Below the pieces are notes generated by a model. The model saw only the letters and a program-made list of their open reading frames with translations. It was not told the origin of the DNA and made no database searches. From NCBI GenBank assembly GCA_001275005.1, contig JWZX01003038.1:1-35500 (forward strand): DNA of 35,500 nucleotides, written 5' to 3'. The translations under genes were made by a program, and so were the position numbers. Of this stretch, positions 20,186 to 29,042 are shown one piece after another. Numbering within the stretch: the stretch's first letter is position 1; each line of letters starts with the position of its first letter. Origin of the DNA: Chrysochromulina tobinii. Its lineage: Eukaryota.

Positions 20186-21241
20186 ATGCCTTCAATCTAC
20201 CAGCGGCTTGCAGATGGTATCCTTGGCGTTGGGCATAAGCCGTTTGCAGAGTACATGCACTTCGTTCCGGCCAACAATTGGTACGGACATTCAGCTTTGT
20301 CCAGAGAGCATGAGTTGTCTGAGTTGCTTGCATCTGGCGTGCCTGAAGACAGCTACATTCTGGAGATTGGTTCATTCATTGGCAACAGCGCAATCGAGTG
20401 GGCTCGTGCAGGCCAGAAAAATGGCCGCAATACGACGGTCGTGTGCATCGACAGTTGGCTCGGTGACGTTGGAATGTGGACGCAACGGGGGAAATGGCTT
20501 GGACCACGAGGAATCAACGGCGAGCCGCGCCTGTTTGAGCAGTTCCTGGCCAACGTTTACGCAAGTGGTTTCTCCGACCAAATCTTGCCGGTGCGCATGT
20601 CTTCGGTAGTCGGTCTGAAGTATTTCGCTCACCTTACCAGTACAGGTCGGATAACTAGGCCTCATGTCATCTACCTCGATTCGGCTCACGAGTACCCAGA
20701 GACCGAGCTTGAGATTCGGGCAGCGTGGGATCTCCTGCCGGCGGGTGGTTTTCTCGTTGGAGACGACTACGACGACTTCTGGCCAGCGGTGCAACAATCA
20801 GTGAACGAATTTGCCTCCTATTCCAGCAGTATCGAGCCTCCGGCTGCGTACTGCTACGAGCACTTTTCGAAGATTGTCAACGTCATGAGAGGTGCAGTCT
20901 TGCTCGATCGACTCGGTGAAGCTCAGCCGTTGCCACTAGTGCTCAAGGGTAGGCAGTGGATCCTTCGAAAAGCGCAAGTCGTCATCCCAGGAGCTCGAGG
21001 GGCGAGCTTGAGCACGACCTCGATTGTGCAGCCCCGTTCTGTCCAAGTCGGGATACGGTGTTGCTTGAATGGGTGGGCTGATCATCAGTGGGCAGACAAT
21101 GAAACCACGCTCAACAGAACCACGTTCTACACTAGGTGCAATCGCGCTGAAGTGTTGCTGCAGCAAACTACATGTGTAGGGGGCATGGGCGGCTTGACAC
21201 CAAAACAATGCCGTTGGCCATACTCGTGCAAGGAAAGGTAA
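20186..21241 (+). CDS. Class I SAM-dependent methyltransferase (Methyltransf_24-like)
   Basis: Motifs ILEIGSFIGNSA, VVCIDSWLG, IYLDSAHEY and GGFLVGDDY; likely ATG at 20186. Confidence 0.88.
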   Translation: MPSIYQRLADGILGVGHKPFAEYMHFVPANNWYGHSALSREHELSELLASGVPEDSYILEIGSFIGNSAIEWARAGQKNGRNTTVVCIDSWLGDVGMWTQRGKWLGPRGINGEPRLFEQFLANVYASGFSDQILPVRMSSVVGLKYFAHLTSTGRITRPHVIYLDSAHEYPETELEIRAAWDLLPAGGFLVGDDYDDFWPAVQQSVNEFASYSSSIEPPAAYCYEHFSKIVNVMRGAVLLDRLGEAQPLPLVLKGRQWILRKAQVVIPGARGASLSTTSIVQPRSVQVGIRCCLNGWADHQWADNETTLNRTTFYTRCNRAEVLLQQTTCVGGMGGLTPKQCRWPYSCKER

Positions 21242-21749
21242 TCAATCTTAGGCCGGAAAGGTAGCCACGAAGCGGATCGCAACTTCGAATGTTAAATGAA
21301 TGGCCACATGCACATCCGAGTACGGTAATCGAAACTGCGACTATACCAACTCTCCTGGATGGCCCTGCCCCTGGCGTGTGTCCCGTTAGTGTCCCGGCTC
21401 CCTCCGCGCTCCGGTGTTTTTGAACCGGCTGTCGTGGAGCCACCGCGCGCCCAGATCTCGATAGAATTGACTCGTCGTCGTCACGAAACAAAATAGGCAC
21501 GCACTGTGTTAAAGGACGTTTCCTCGTCACGGCGCTTTTTTACCGGTTCAGTACACAAGAACACAACCTTATAACTGTTGACGACCGGCCCTGGCCTTCG
21601 TGGCCGCTCCGCCGTCCGGCATGGCACCGGCCAAGACGCCCGGCTTCCGGCCTGTCCATGCCGGGCGTCGTCGTGACGAAGCGCTGTATGTGCTGACCGA
21701 TCGTCAGCCCATCTGTCGCAATATTATAAGTTCAAGCAGGCCAGGGTAC

Positions 21750-24700
21750 ATGTCATTTATTATGTTGGCGCTCTGCATCCGAGGATCAACAGCACAAATA
21801 GGGTGCCCGCCAGAAGCATGCCCAACCGACAGTTACTGCTTGAACGACTGTTTTGGGGGCCTCTGCCTCGGCGCCGGCTGCTTTTTTGAACCGCCCTCGC
21901 CACACCCGCCACCGCCTCCACCGCCACCGCCACCGACACCCGCCAGCGTCACAGGGTGCCCGCCTGAAGCATGCCCAGCCAACAGTTACTGCTTGAACGA
22001 CTGTTTTGGGGGGCTCTGCCTTGGCGCCGGATGCTATGCTAATCCACCGTCGCCATACCCGCCACCGGGTATGGGGCGAATCATCTCGCCACCTCGAGAG
22101 CCTCCGCCGCCTTCTCCCTTACCACCGCCCCCGTTTCCGCCAAGGCCGCCACCACCGCCATTTCCTCCACGACCGCCCAGATCCCCGCGGCCCTCACCGC
22201 CACCGCCCTCGCCGCCGCCACCATCGCCACCATCGCCACCCCCACCGCCGCCATCACCACCACCTGGTGCCGCCGATGCCGACAACAGTGCACTGATCCT
22301 TTTCGCCGTTGGTGCAGCTTCCGTTATTGCCGCGGCCCTTTCGTTGCGCATGGCATACTTGACTGAGAAACAGAACCACTGTCTCGCAAGGCTCGCCCGT
22401 TGGTGCCGTTCCACAGTTGTGCGGTTGTACAATCGCACGGAGTCTGCGATCATAAGTGTCAAGCGCCGTGTCATGGGCGAGCCACCTCCTCCTGGATCTG
22501 TGACGTTCTGTCCACCCTCGAGGCGAAGGCACATTTTCAAGGCTACGGGTTTCAAAATAGCTCCTGCACCACGGGATGAGTATGGTGCATGGGAGGATGG
22601 GCCTTACACGCCGGACTGCGCAAGTCCTTCTGGAGCAGCGCCGGCCGGTCGTGAAGGCGCTTACGCCCCCCTTTCTTCTTCGCCCGGCACTCCTCCTCGT
22701 ACTACACCCACGCCCCGTGCTTCGACTCGTGCTTCGCCTCGTGCTTCGCCCTGTGCTTCGCCTCGTGCTACGCCTCGTAGTATCCTGCGTCGCGGCGTCC
22801 TGCCTGAGTCACCACTAGAACCTATTGGCGAGGAGGACGAGTCGACGACGTTACCGTCAGAACAATCGACAGTGGGCAAATCATCGCCTGTGCGCGTCGC
22901 CAAGCACACGACCAAACCCTTTGCAGTGCAGCTGACCGAGATGACGGCCGCGGCGATGAAAGAGCGGTCAGCAGCATGGGCGACAGATGAGTCATCGGTG
23001 CAGTATGCCACCTCTTCTACTGCCGGCGACGACGGTAGCGACGTAGCATCTGTCGCAGAGAGCGATTTCTCGCTCATGAGCGGGGCAAGTCGGGCGTCAG
23101 GCAAGCGCGGAAGGCGCCTTACCATATCGGACAGGAGCGACGAAAAGTTGACGCCGCAGCAGCCTCCAGGGCGCTTGGCCGATTTGAATGGCGCGAATCT
23201 GACCTCGGGCCGTAGCGACCTTGAGCGATTCATGAAGTCAAAAGCGACATCAAGTGATGCGAGCTCGAACGAAGCGCAGGCACCGAGGCCCTTCATGACC
23301 TTGAGTGACCTTGGTATCGTCGAGGACATCGTTGATTATCAGGCTCCATCATCGCATACTAAGGCGCCGGTAAGGCTGAATGTAGACTATGATCCGTACG
23401 CTGAGATAGACTGGCGCAGCGATTCATGTTTGGGCGATGGCGCGATCTTCCGGAGCGCGATCCAAACTCCAAGGAGCATTTCGGCGTTGAGCGACTCCAG
23501 CCAGACACCGGGTCAAACCCCGAGGCCATTCGGCGCTCCCAATGGTGTAGCGGCAGTATTGGCAGCAGCGGCAGCAGAGGCGGAAGCAGTGGAAGCAGCA
23601 GTGGTAGCAGCGGCAGCAGAAGCGGCCAAGAAGGCGGTGAGTGCCAGAGTGACCCCACAGTTCCAGGCCGAGATCCTCAGACGCGAACAGGCTGCCAGGG
23701 ATGCGGTCGGCCGCGAAGATCAAGAACATCGAGCAGCCGTGACCATCCAAACGCGAGCTCGTGGTCTGCAACCGGTCTCACGCGCGCCTGAGCCAACCGT
23801 TACAAAGACGCCATTGGAGGAGCTCGTTGATGGGGCCAAGGTGGAGGGCAAGATCACGTCAGTCATGTCTTATGGAGCCTTTGTTGACATTGGCGCGGCG
23901 GTCGAAGGCCTGCTGCACGTGTCAGAGATCTCAAACGTGGACGCGACCTTGGAAGGTCGCGACCGTCCGATCAGGGACGCAACCGAGAAGTTTACCGTGG
24001 GCGAGAGCATCACCTGCATGGTGAAGGGGGTCCACCTCAAGAATCAGCAGCTCTATCTCACGTGCAAGGAGCCCCAGGTGCCAGCTCCACGCGATGACGC
24101 AGCTTTGGCGACATTCGTTGCTCTAGGGGGGGAGCAGCAGTTGGCTATGGCAGCCGCAGCGGCAGAGGCGGAACGGCTGGCGGCAGAGGAGGCGAAGGCG
24201 GAGCGGCTGGCGGCAGAGGCAGAGGCAGAGGCGGAGGCGGAGCGGCTGGCGGCAGAGGAGGCGGAAGCGGAGCGGCTTCAGGCTGAGGCGGCCGTGCAAG
24301 CTGCCAGGGAGGCTACAGAGGCTGAGGCGGAGGCAGTGGCACTGCTGGCAGAGGCGGAGGCGGCCAAGGTGGCGGCCAAGAAGGCGGTCCTGGAGGTGGA
24401 GGCGGCCAAGGAGAGAGTGGCAAAGCTCCAAGAAGCGGAAAAGATGAAGGATCTCGACCTTGATGCACTGCAGGCACTGCAGGAGTATTCCTTGGAGGAT
24501 CAATCCCTAGATGCGCTACAGGCAGAGGTGGAAGTGGCCAAGGAGAGAATGGCCTTCAAGGCGGCCGCCGCAGCGATCAAGGTGCAAGCACTGCTACGCG
24601 GCACAATGGCCCGCCATAGCCCGAAAAAGGCGTCCGTGCCGACCACGGCGCCGGACGCTTCTGCAGACGCTCCAACGGCTGCTCCAGTGGCTGCTTCAGC

Positions 24701-25976
24701 GACAGAGGCAGAGGCAGCCAATGTTGCAGCTGCTCATTTCGGGCTCGATTCCAAGACTCAGCAGATGCTTGATCGACTGTCCAACCCCAAAGCGCCCGGG
24801 GCTCGGCTGAAGGCTAGCCTGAGAAAGGCCGCCCTGGGTGAGGCGACGGCTGCTAAGTTCCGCACCAGTTCGTCTGAGATGCCGGAGTCAGCATCACCTC
24901 GACTAGGACCGAGCATGTCGCTCGACGCCGACGCCGAGGCGGTGGAAGCGGCGAGCCAGGTCGCGCTGCTCAAGGACGAGCTCAACGCGGAGGCATCCGC
25001 CGAGGCGGAGGCTCCTGCGGCTGCTCCTGCGGCTTCTCCTGCTCCAGCGGGTGCTCAGACGCCCGACAAGTCTGTGTTCGATCGATTGACAACCCGAGGG
25101 TCCAAGGGCAAGCTAAAGTGGAGGAAGGCCGCACTGGCTGAGGCAACGGCTGTTAAGTTCCGTACTAATTCGTCTAATCCGGAGCCATCTTCGCCGTCTA
25201 TGCCAGAGTCAGCATCGCCTCGACAAGGACTGAGCATGTCGCTCAACACCAACGCCGAAGCGGCGGAAGTGGCGAGCCAGGTTGCGCTGCTCAAGGACGA
25301 GCTCAGCGCGGAGGCATCCGCCGAGGCGGCCGCGGCCATGGCCGCGGCAGAGGCAGCCAAAGCAGAGGTGGCCGCGGCGGAGGTAGCCAAAGCAGAGGCG
25401 GCCGCCGCAGAGGCAGCCAATGTTGCAGCTGCTCATTTCGGGCTCGATTCCAAGACTCAGCAGATGCTTGATCGACTGTCCAACCCCAAAGCACCTGGGG
25501 CTCGGCTGAATGCTCGGCTGAGAAAGGCCGCCCTGGCTGAGGCGACGGCTGCTAAGTTCCGCACGAGTTCGTCTATGCCCGAGCCAGCATCGCCTCGACT
25601 TGGACCGAGCATGTCGCTCGACGCCGACGCCGAGGCGGTGGAAGCGGCGAGCCAGGTCGCGCTGCTCAAGGACGAGCTCAACGCGGAGGCATCCGCCGAG
25701 GCACCGGCAGCCAAGGCCGCAGCTTCTCTTGCGGTTGTGCCGGCTCTTGCGTCTGCGCCAGCTCAAAAGACCGTTGGGCTCGCGCCTACGGCTCAGCAGA
25801 CGATTGATCGCCTAGCTAACCCCAGAGCCCCCAGGGCTCGGCTCCAGGATAACTTGAGGAAGGCTGCACGGACTGAGACTGTGGCCACAGCGTTGCTCCA
25901 GGGACGAGCAGGTGGCCCCGCTTTTCGGGCGCCACCGCCAGCTGGCCCAGTTCCTCGTGCTCCCTCGCCAGGCTAG
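21750..25976 (+). CDS. Large type-I membrane protein: Cys-rich repeats, Pro stalk, TM, IQ-S1-IQ, Ala/Glu coiled coil, C-terminal repeats
   Basis: Single long ORF. Signal-like MSFIMLALCIRGSTAQ; TM ALILFAVGAASVIAAALSL; S1 domain VEGKITSVMSYGAFVDIGAAVEGLLHVSEIS; IQ-like AAVTIQTRARG and AAIKVQALLRG. Confidence 0.8.
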   Translation: MSFIMLALCIRGSTAQIGCPPEACPTDSYCLNDCFGGLCLGAGCFFEPPSPHPPPPPPPPPPTPASVTGCPPEACPANSYCLNDCFGGLCLGAGCYANPPSPYPPPGMGRIISPPREPPPPSPLPPPPFPPRPPPPPFPPRPPRSPRPSPPPPSPPPPSPPSPPPPPPSPPPGAADADNSALILFAVGAASVIAAALSLRMAYLTEKQNHCLARLARWCRSTVVRLYNRTESAIISVKRRVMGEPPPPGSVTFCPPSRRRHIFKATGFKIAPAPRDEYGAWEDGPYTPDCASPSGAAPAGREGAYAPLSSSPGTPPRTTPTPRASTRASPRASPCASPRATPRSILRRGVLPESPLEPIGEEDESTTLPSEQSTVGKSSPVRVAKHTTKPFAVQLTEMTAAAMKERSAAWATDESSVQYATSSTAGDDGSDVASVAESDFSLMSGASRASGKRGRRLTISDRSDEKLTPQQPPGRLADLNGANLTSGRSDLERFMKSKATSSDASSNEAQAPRPFMTLSDLGIVEDIVDYQAPSSHTKAPVRLNVDYDPYAEIDWRSDSCLGDGAIFRSAIQTPRSISALSDSSQTPGQTPRPFGAPNGVAAVLAAAAAEAEAVEAAVVAAAAEAAKKAVSARVTPQFQAEILRREQAARDAVGREDQEHRAAVTIQTRARGLQPVSRAPEPTVTKTPLEELVDGAKVEGKITSVMSYGAFVDIGAAVEGLLHVSEISNVDATLEGRDRPIRDATEKFTVGESITCMVKGVHLKNQQLYLTCKEPQVPAPRDDAALATFVALGGEQQLAMAAAAAEAERLAAEEAKAERLAAEAEAEAEAERLAAEEAEAERLQAEAAVQAAREATEAEAEAVALLAEAEAAKVAAKKAVLEVEAAKERVAKLQEAEKMKDLDLDALQALQEYSLEDQSLDALQAEVEVAKERMAFKAAAAAIKVQALLRGTMARHSPKKASVPTTAPDASADAPTAAPVAASATEAEAANVAAAHFGLDSKTQQMLDRLSNPKAPGARLKASLRKAALGEATAAKFRTSSSEMPESASPRLGPSMSLDADAEAVEAASQVALLKDELNAEASAEAEAPAAAPAASPAPAGAQTPDKSVFDRLTTRGSKGKLKWRKAALAEATAVKFRTNSSNPEPSSPSMPESASPRQGLSMSLNTNAEAAEVASQVALLKDELSAEASAEAAAAMAAAEAAKAEVAAAEVAKAEAAAAEAANVAAAHFGLDSKTQQMLDRLSNPKAPGARLNARLRKAALAEATAAKFRTSSSMPEPASPRLGPSMSLDADAEAVEAASQVALLKDELNAEASAEAPAAKAAASLAVVPALASAPAQKTVGLAPTAQQTIDRLANPRAPRARLQDNLRKAARTETVATALLQGRAGGPAFRAPPPAGPVPRAPSPG
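21801..22034 (+). repeat. Two copies of an 81-bp, 6-Cys module
   Basis: GCPPEACPxxSYCLNDCFGGLCLGAGC at 21801-21881 and 21954-22034. Confidence 0.9.
24711..25701 (+). repeat. Intragenic ~300-bp duplications (two near-complete copies and one partial)
   Basis: EAANVAAAHFGLDSKTQQMLDRLSNPKAPGARL...SQVALLKDELNAEASAEA at ~24711-25007 and ~25410-25701; partial copy at ~25120-25327. Confidence 0.9.
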
Positions 25977-26840
25977 CGTCTCTGATCGCCATGGCGAGTA
26001 CTTGATCGCCATGGCGAAACTGCTGGCGTGTACTTGATCGTTGCGCGTGCGCATTTGGAATGCGCGCGCGCGCAGTGCGCGAGGCACGGACAAGAGTTCA
26101 GACAAGAGCGAACATCATACGGCTATGCTACCAGCACTTAGACACTTAGACCTTCCAAGGTAACTTATGTACGCAGTCGTTAATAAAAAAATGTGCTTCT
26201 GAGCTCTGGAAGCTCAACACGACGCTCCGATGTGCGATCGGATGTCGCTTGGACAAGACACGTCAAGACCGACGTGCGGTGGGCGCGCTCAGTAGCGTAG
26301 CGGCCCATTAGGATTCGATTCCTACTCGACTCGACTCGTGGTCGTCGCGTGCGGCGGGGAGACCAGAGTACTCCGCGGGCAGCGGCGAGCCGCGAGCCGG
26401 CACTAAGCCGGCACCCCGGTGGCGCCCCGCCCTCGCGGCCCAAATGCCCAAATGCGCCCCGGGGAACCCTCTAATACTCCACGCACCTCCAGTTCTGCGA
26501 AGCAAGTGAGTATGATTTTTTCACCGGCTCTCGCGGGGTCGTAACGTTAACGGTACTGTCAGTTGTGGTGCTCCGTGCTCGCAAAGTCCCGTCGAGGGGC
26601 GGTCGCAATGAAACTAAGCCACGCTCGGTCGCTGAGCCAGTCGGGCAAGACGATCGTGTTCTTGGCGAAGTAGGCCAACCAGGAGAAGGCGAGGAGTTTC
26701 CACTCGAAAAACGCTTCGTCCTTTGCACAATTGTGCATGCAATTTGCTTTTTTTTCGACGGCGGTTTCTCTCATATCACCCTGCACATCCCAGTTCTCCG
26801 ACTTCGACGTTCGGGCCCGCGCTTGGAACGCTCTCAAAGA

Positions 26841-28352
26841 ATGCAGCGCCGCGACGAGGATCAACCGAAGGATCAATGGAAATCGTACGTCGACAGCATG
26901 CACGAGCGCAATCCCTTCGGCATGAAGATGCGACGGACGCGCTCTGAGTCGGTGCTGCCTAAACCGGCGGCACTCAGCGGGGTCAAGCCCTGGCAGCACG
27001 GGATGTCGCGCACGAGGATCCCAGCACCCTTGCGGTCATCAGCATCTGAGCTACGCCTGCCAGCCATCCGACCACTCGACAAATACTCAAAGCTCGCATT
27101 CTTACAAGCTCAGAATGAGCATCAGCTGAGGCGCACGCCGCCCGCATTCCCGATGCACCTACCGCCGCTGCTACTTGCAGCCGAGGTGCGTGCACATGCA
27201 AACGAGCAGCAAATGCAACTGCAAATGCGACGCACCGAGAAGCAACTGGCAGCAAGCCGCCTCGCGGCGGCCGCCGAGGCGGACTCATACGCGGTGTTGG
27301 CATCCGATCGCGCAGCAGTCACGGCAAAAGAGAGGGCGGAGAAGAAGAAGAACATCAAGAAGACCGCTTTCGTCATGCAGGTGTCAGAAGCGGTGAATGC
27401 CAAATTTGGCAACATGTTCAAGGCCTTCCAGAGCATGGACCTCGACCGCTCAGGCTCGCTCAACGAGAAGGAGCTTGCTCGCGCGCTCGATCTGCTCAAC
27501 ATTCCCATCGATCGCCCAAAGCTGCGCGAGCTCATCTTGTGTTGCGACAGGGATGGCGACGGCCAGGTGGACTACAAGGAGTTCGTGGACGTGCTCGCAC
27601 GCGACACGGTGACACTCGCGGCAATGGGCAAGCGCGACATGCAGGCTCTGGAGGCGATGGGTGTGGCGGACCTTGACAAAGAGTTCCTCGGTCACAAGAC
27701 GTTCAAGAATGTGAAGGCGACCATCAATGAGAGCTTCGACCTGGCCATGGCTCGCGATGAGAAGGAGGACCCTGCTGCCAGCAAGGTGAGCAGCGCGTCG
27801 ATGGTCAAGCAAGCCTCCGATTCGCTCAACGCTAAGTTTACCAATATGCGCAAGGCCTTCCAAGACATCGACCTCGACCACAGCGGCAGCCTGTCCGCAG
27901 AGGAGCTTTGGCAAGCCTTCGATCGGTTGAACCTCCAGCTCGACCGGCACAGCTTCAAGGCTCTCATCACTGCATGCGACAAGGACGGCAATGGCAACAT
28001 TAGCTACGAAGAGGTATGTGGCCGGGAGAGGCTCGCCACACATTCTGCTGCTCTCGCATCCTGTGCACACATACCTAATCTTTCGGCTTCTGCTGCTGCC
28101 TGCTGCCTGCTGCCTTGCTGCCTGCTGCCCCACACATGTGCCTTCGATGCTTTATTCGAGTCGCGCCCGTGTGTGGCGCAGTTTGTGGACGCGCTCGCAC
28201 GAGATACGGTGACGCTTGCGGCAATGGGCAAGCGCGACATGCAGGCTCTGGAGGCGATGGGCGTGGCGAACCTTGACAAAGAGTTCCTCGGCTTCAACAG
28301 GAAGATCAAGAATACGAAGGCGTCGATCAACAGCACCCTGGACTTTGATTGA
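26841..28352 (+). CDS. Four-EF-hand calcium-binding protein, two exons (26841-28013, 28182-28352)
   Basis: EF loops DLDRSGSLNEKE, DRDGDGQVDYKE, DLDHSGSLSAEE and DKDGNGNISYEE. Splicing gives YEE|FVDALARD, which matches repeat 1 (YKEFVDVLARD). Confidence 0.9.
   Translation: MQRRDEDQPKDQWKSYVDSMHERNPFGMKMRRTRSESVLPKPAALSGVKPWQHGMSRTRIPAPLRSSASELRLPAIRPLDKYSKLAFLQAQNEHQLRRTPPAFPMHLPPLLLAAEVRAHANEQQMQLQMRRTEKQLAASRLAAAAEADSYAVLASDRAAVTAKERAEKKKNIKKTAFVMQVSEAVNAKFGNMFKAFQSMDLDRSGSLNEKELARALDLLNIPIDRPKLRELILCCDRDGDGQVDYKEFVDVLARDTVTLAAMGKRDMQALEAMGVADLDKEFLGHKTFKNVKATINESFDLAMARDEKEDPAASKVSSASMVKQASDSLNAKFTNMRKAFQDIDLDHSGSLSAEELWQAFDRLNLQLDRHSFKALITACDKDGNGNISYEEVCGRERLATHSAALASCAHIPNLSASAAACCLLPCCLLPHTCAFDALFESRPCVAQFVDALARDTVTLAAMGKRDMQALEAMGVANLDKEFLGFNRKIKNTKASINSTLDFD
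28014..28181 (+). other. GT-AG intron, 168 nt, in frame and stop-free
   Basis: gag|GTATGT...GCGCAG|tttgtg; removal restores the fourth EF-hand exit helix. Confidence 0.88.
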
Positions 28353-29042
28353 CCTGGCAGACGCATGTGCTTGAAGAAGAGAGATCCTTGCGAAGAAGCG
28401 ATGCGCCTTGACGGCGCGCACCTGTTGCACGAGAAGCATGAGGGGCTATACAGAGGTGGGTAAGAGGTGGGCAGGTGGCACAGGGTTGTACAGAGGTGGG
28501 CAGGTGGCTCAGTGGTGACTTGCGCACCGCGATGTGGTATCGACGCACCGTTGTTCTCGGTGAGGCACACACAACTCAAGAACTCGCCCCCATGTCGCAC
28601 AGAACATTCTGTGCTGTCGTGTGTGGCCGGTTCGGGTCACGCTTACGGCACTATTACGGCAGATGTGGGGGGGCGAGACACGAGAGATATGCTAAGTGTG
28701 TCTCCTGTGTGAACAGAGAGGTGGCGCCGACACTGAAGCAGAGATGTTTCAGATGACTCAACCAGTGTGTTCGTCAACTATAGTCAACTACACTCGACTC
28801 TACACTCAGCTCTCAGGCTCGCTCAAGAGAAGATGAACAGATACAGAGAGTGCTCTGAACTGTTGGTGCTGTTGCGCGGGCGACGCGAGACGACAGAGCG
28901 GAGAAGCGTAAGGGCCTCTTCACGCTATAATTGATATCGCGCTCTCGGTCTCGAGGGACGAGGCCTTACGTTGATGTGCGGCTCGGCTTCATCTGGTCGG
29001 GTGCTAATGAGTCATGTTGTGTGAGCCGCACACCTTTACACA

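Noticed and set aside
9786..21241. Methyltransferases plus sulfotransferase as a biosynthetic cluster
   Set aside because: There is no core synthase, N6AMT1 is a housekeeping enzyme, and the genes are interleaved with unrelated ones.
28440..28510. Short agaggtgggcaggtggc repeats in a 3' region
   Set aside because: This is a low-complexity local duplication with no supporting structure.
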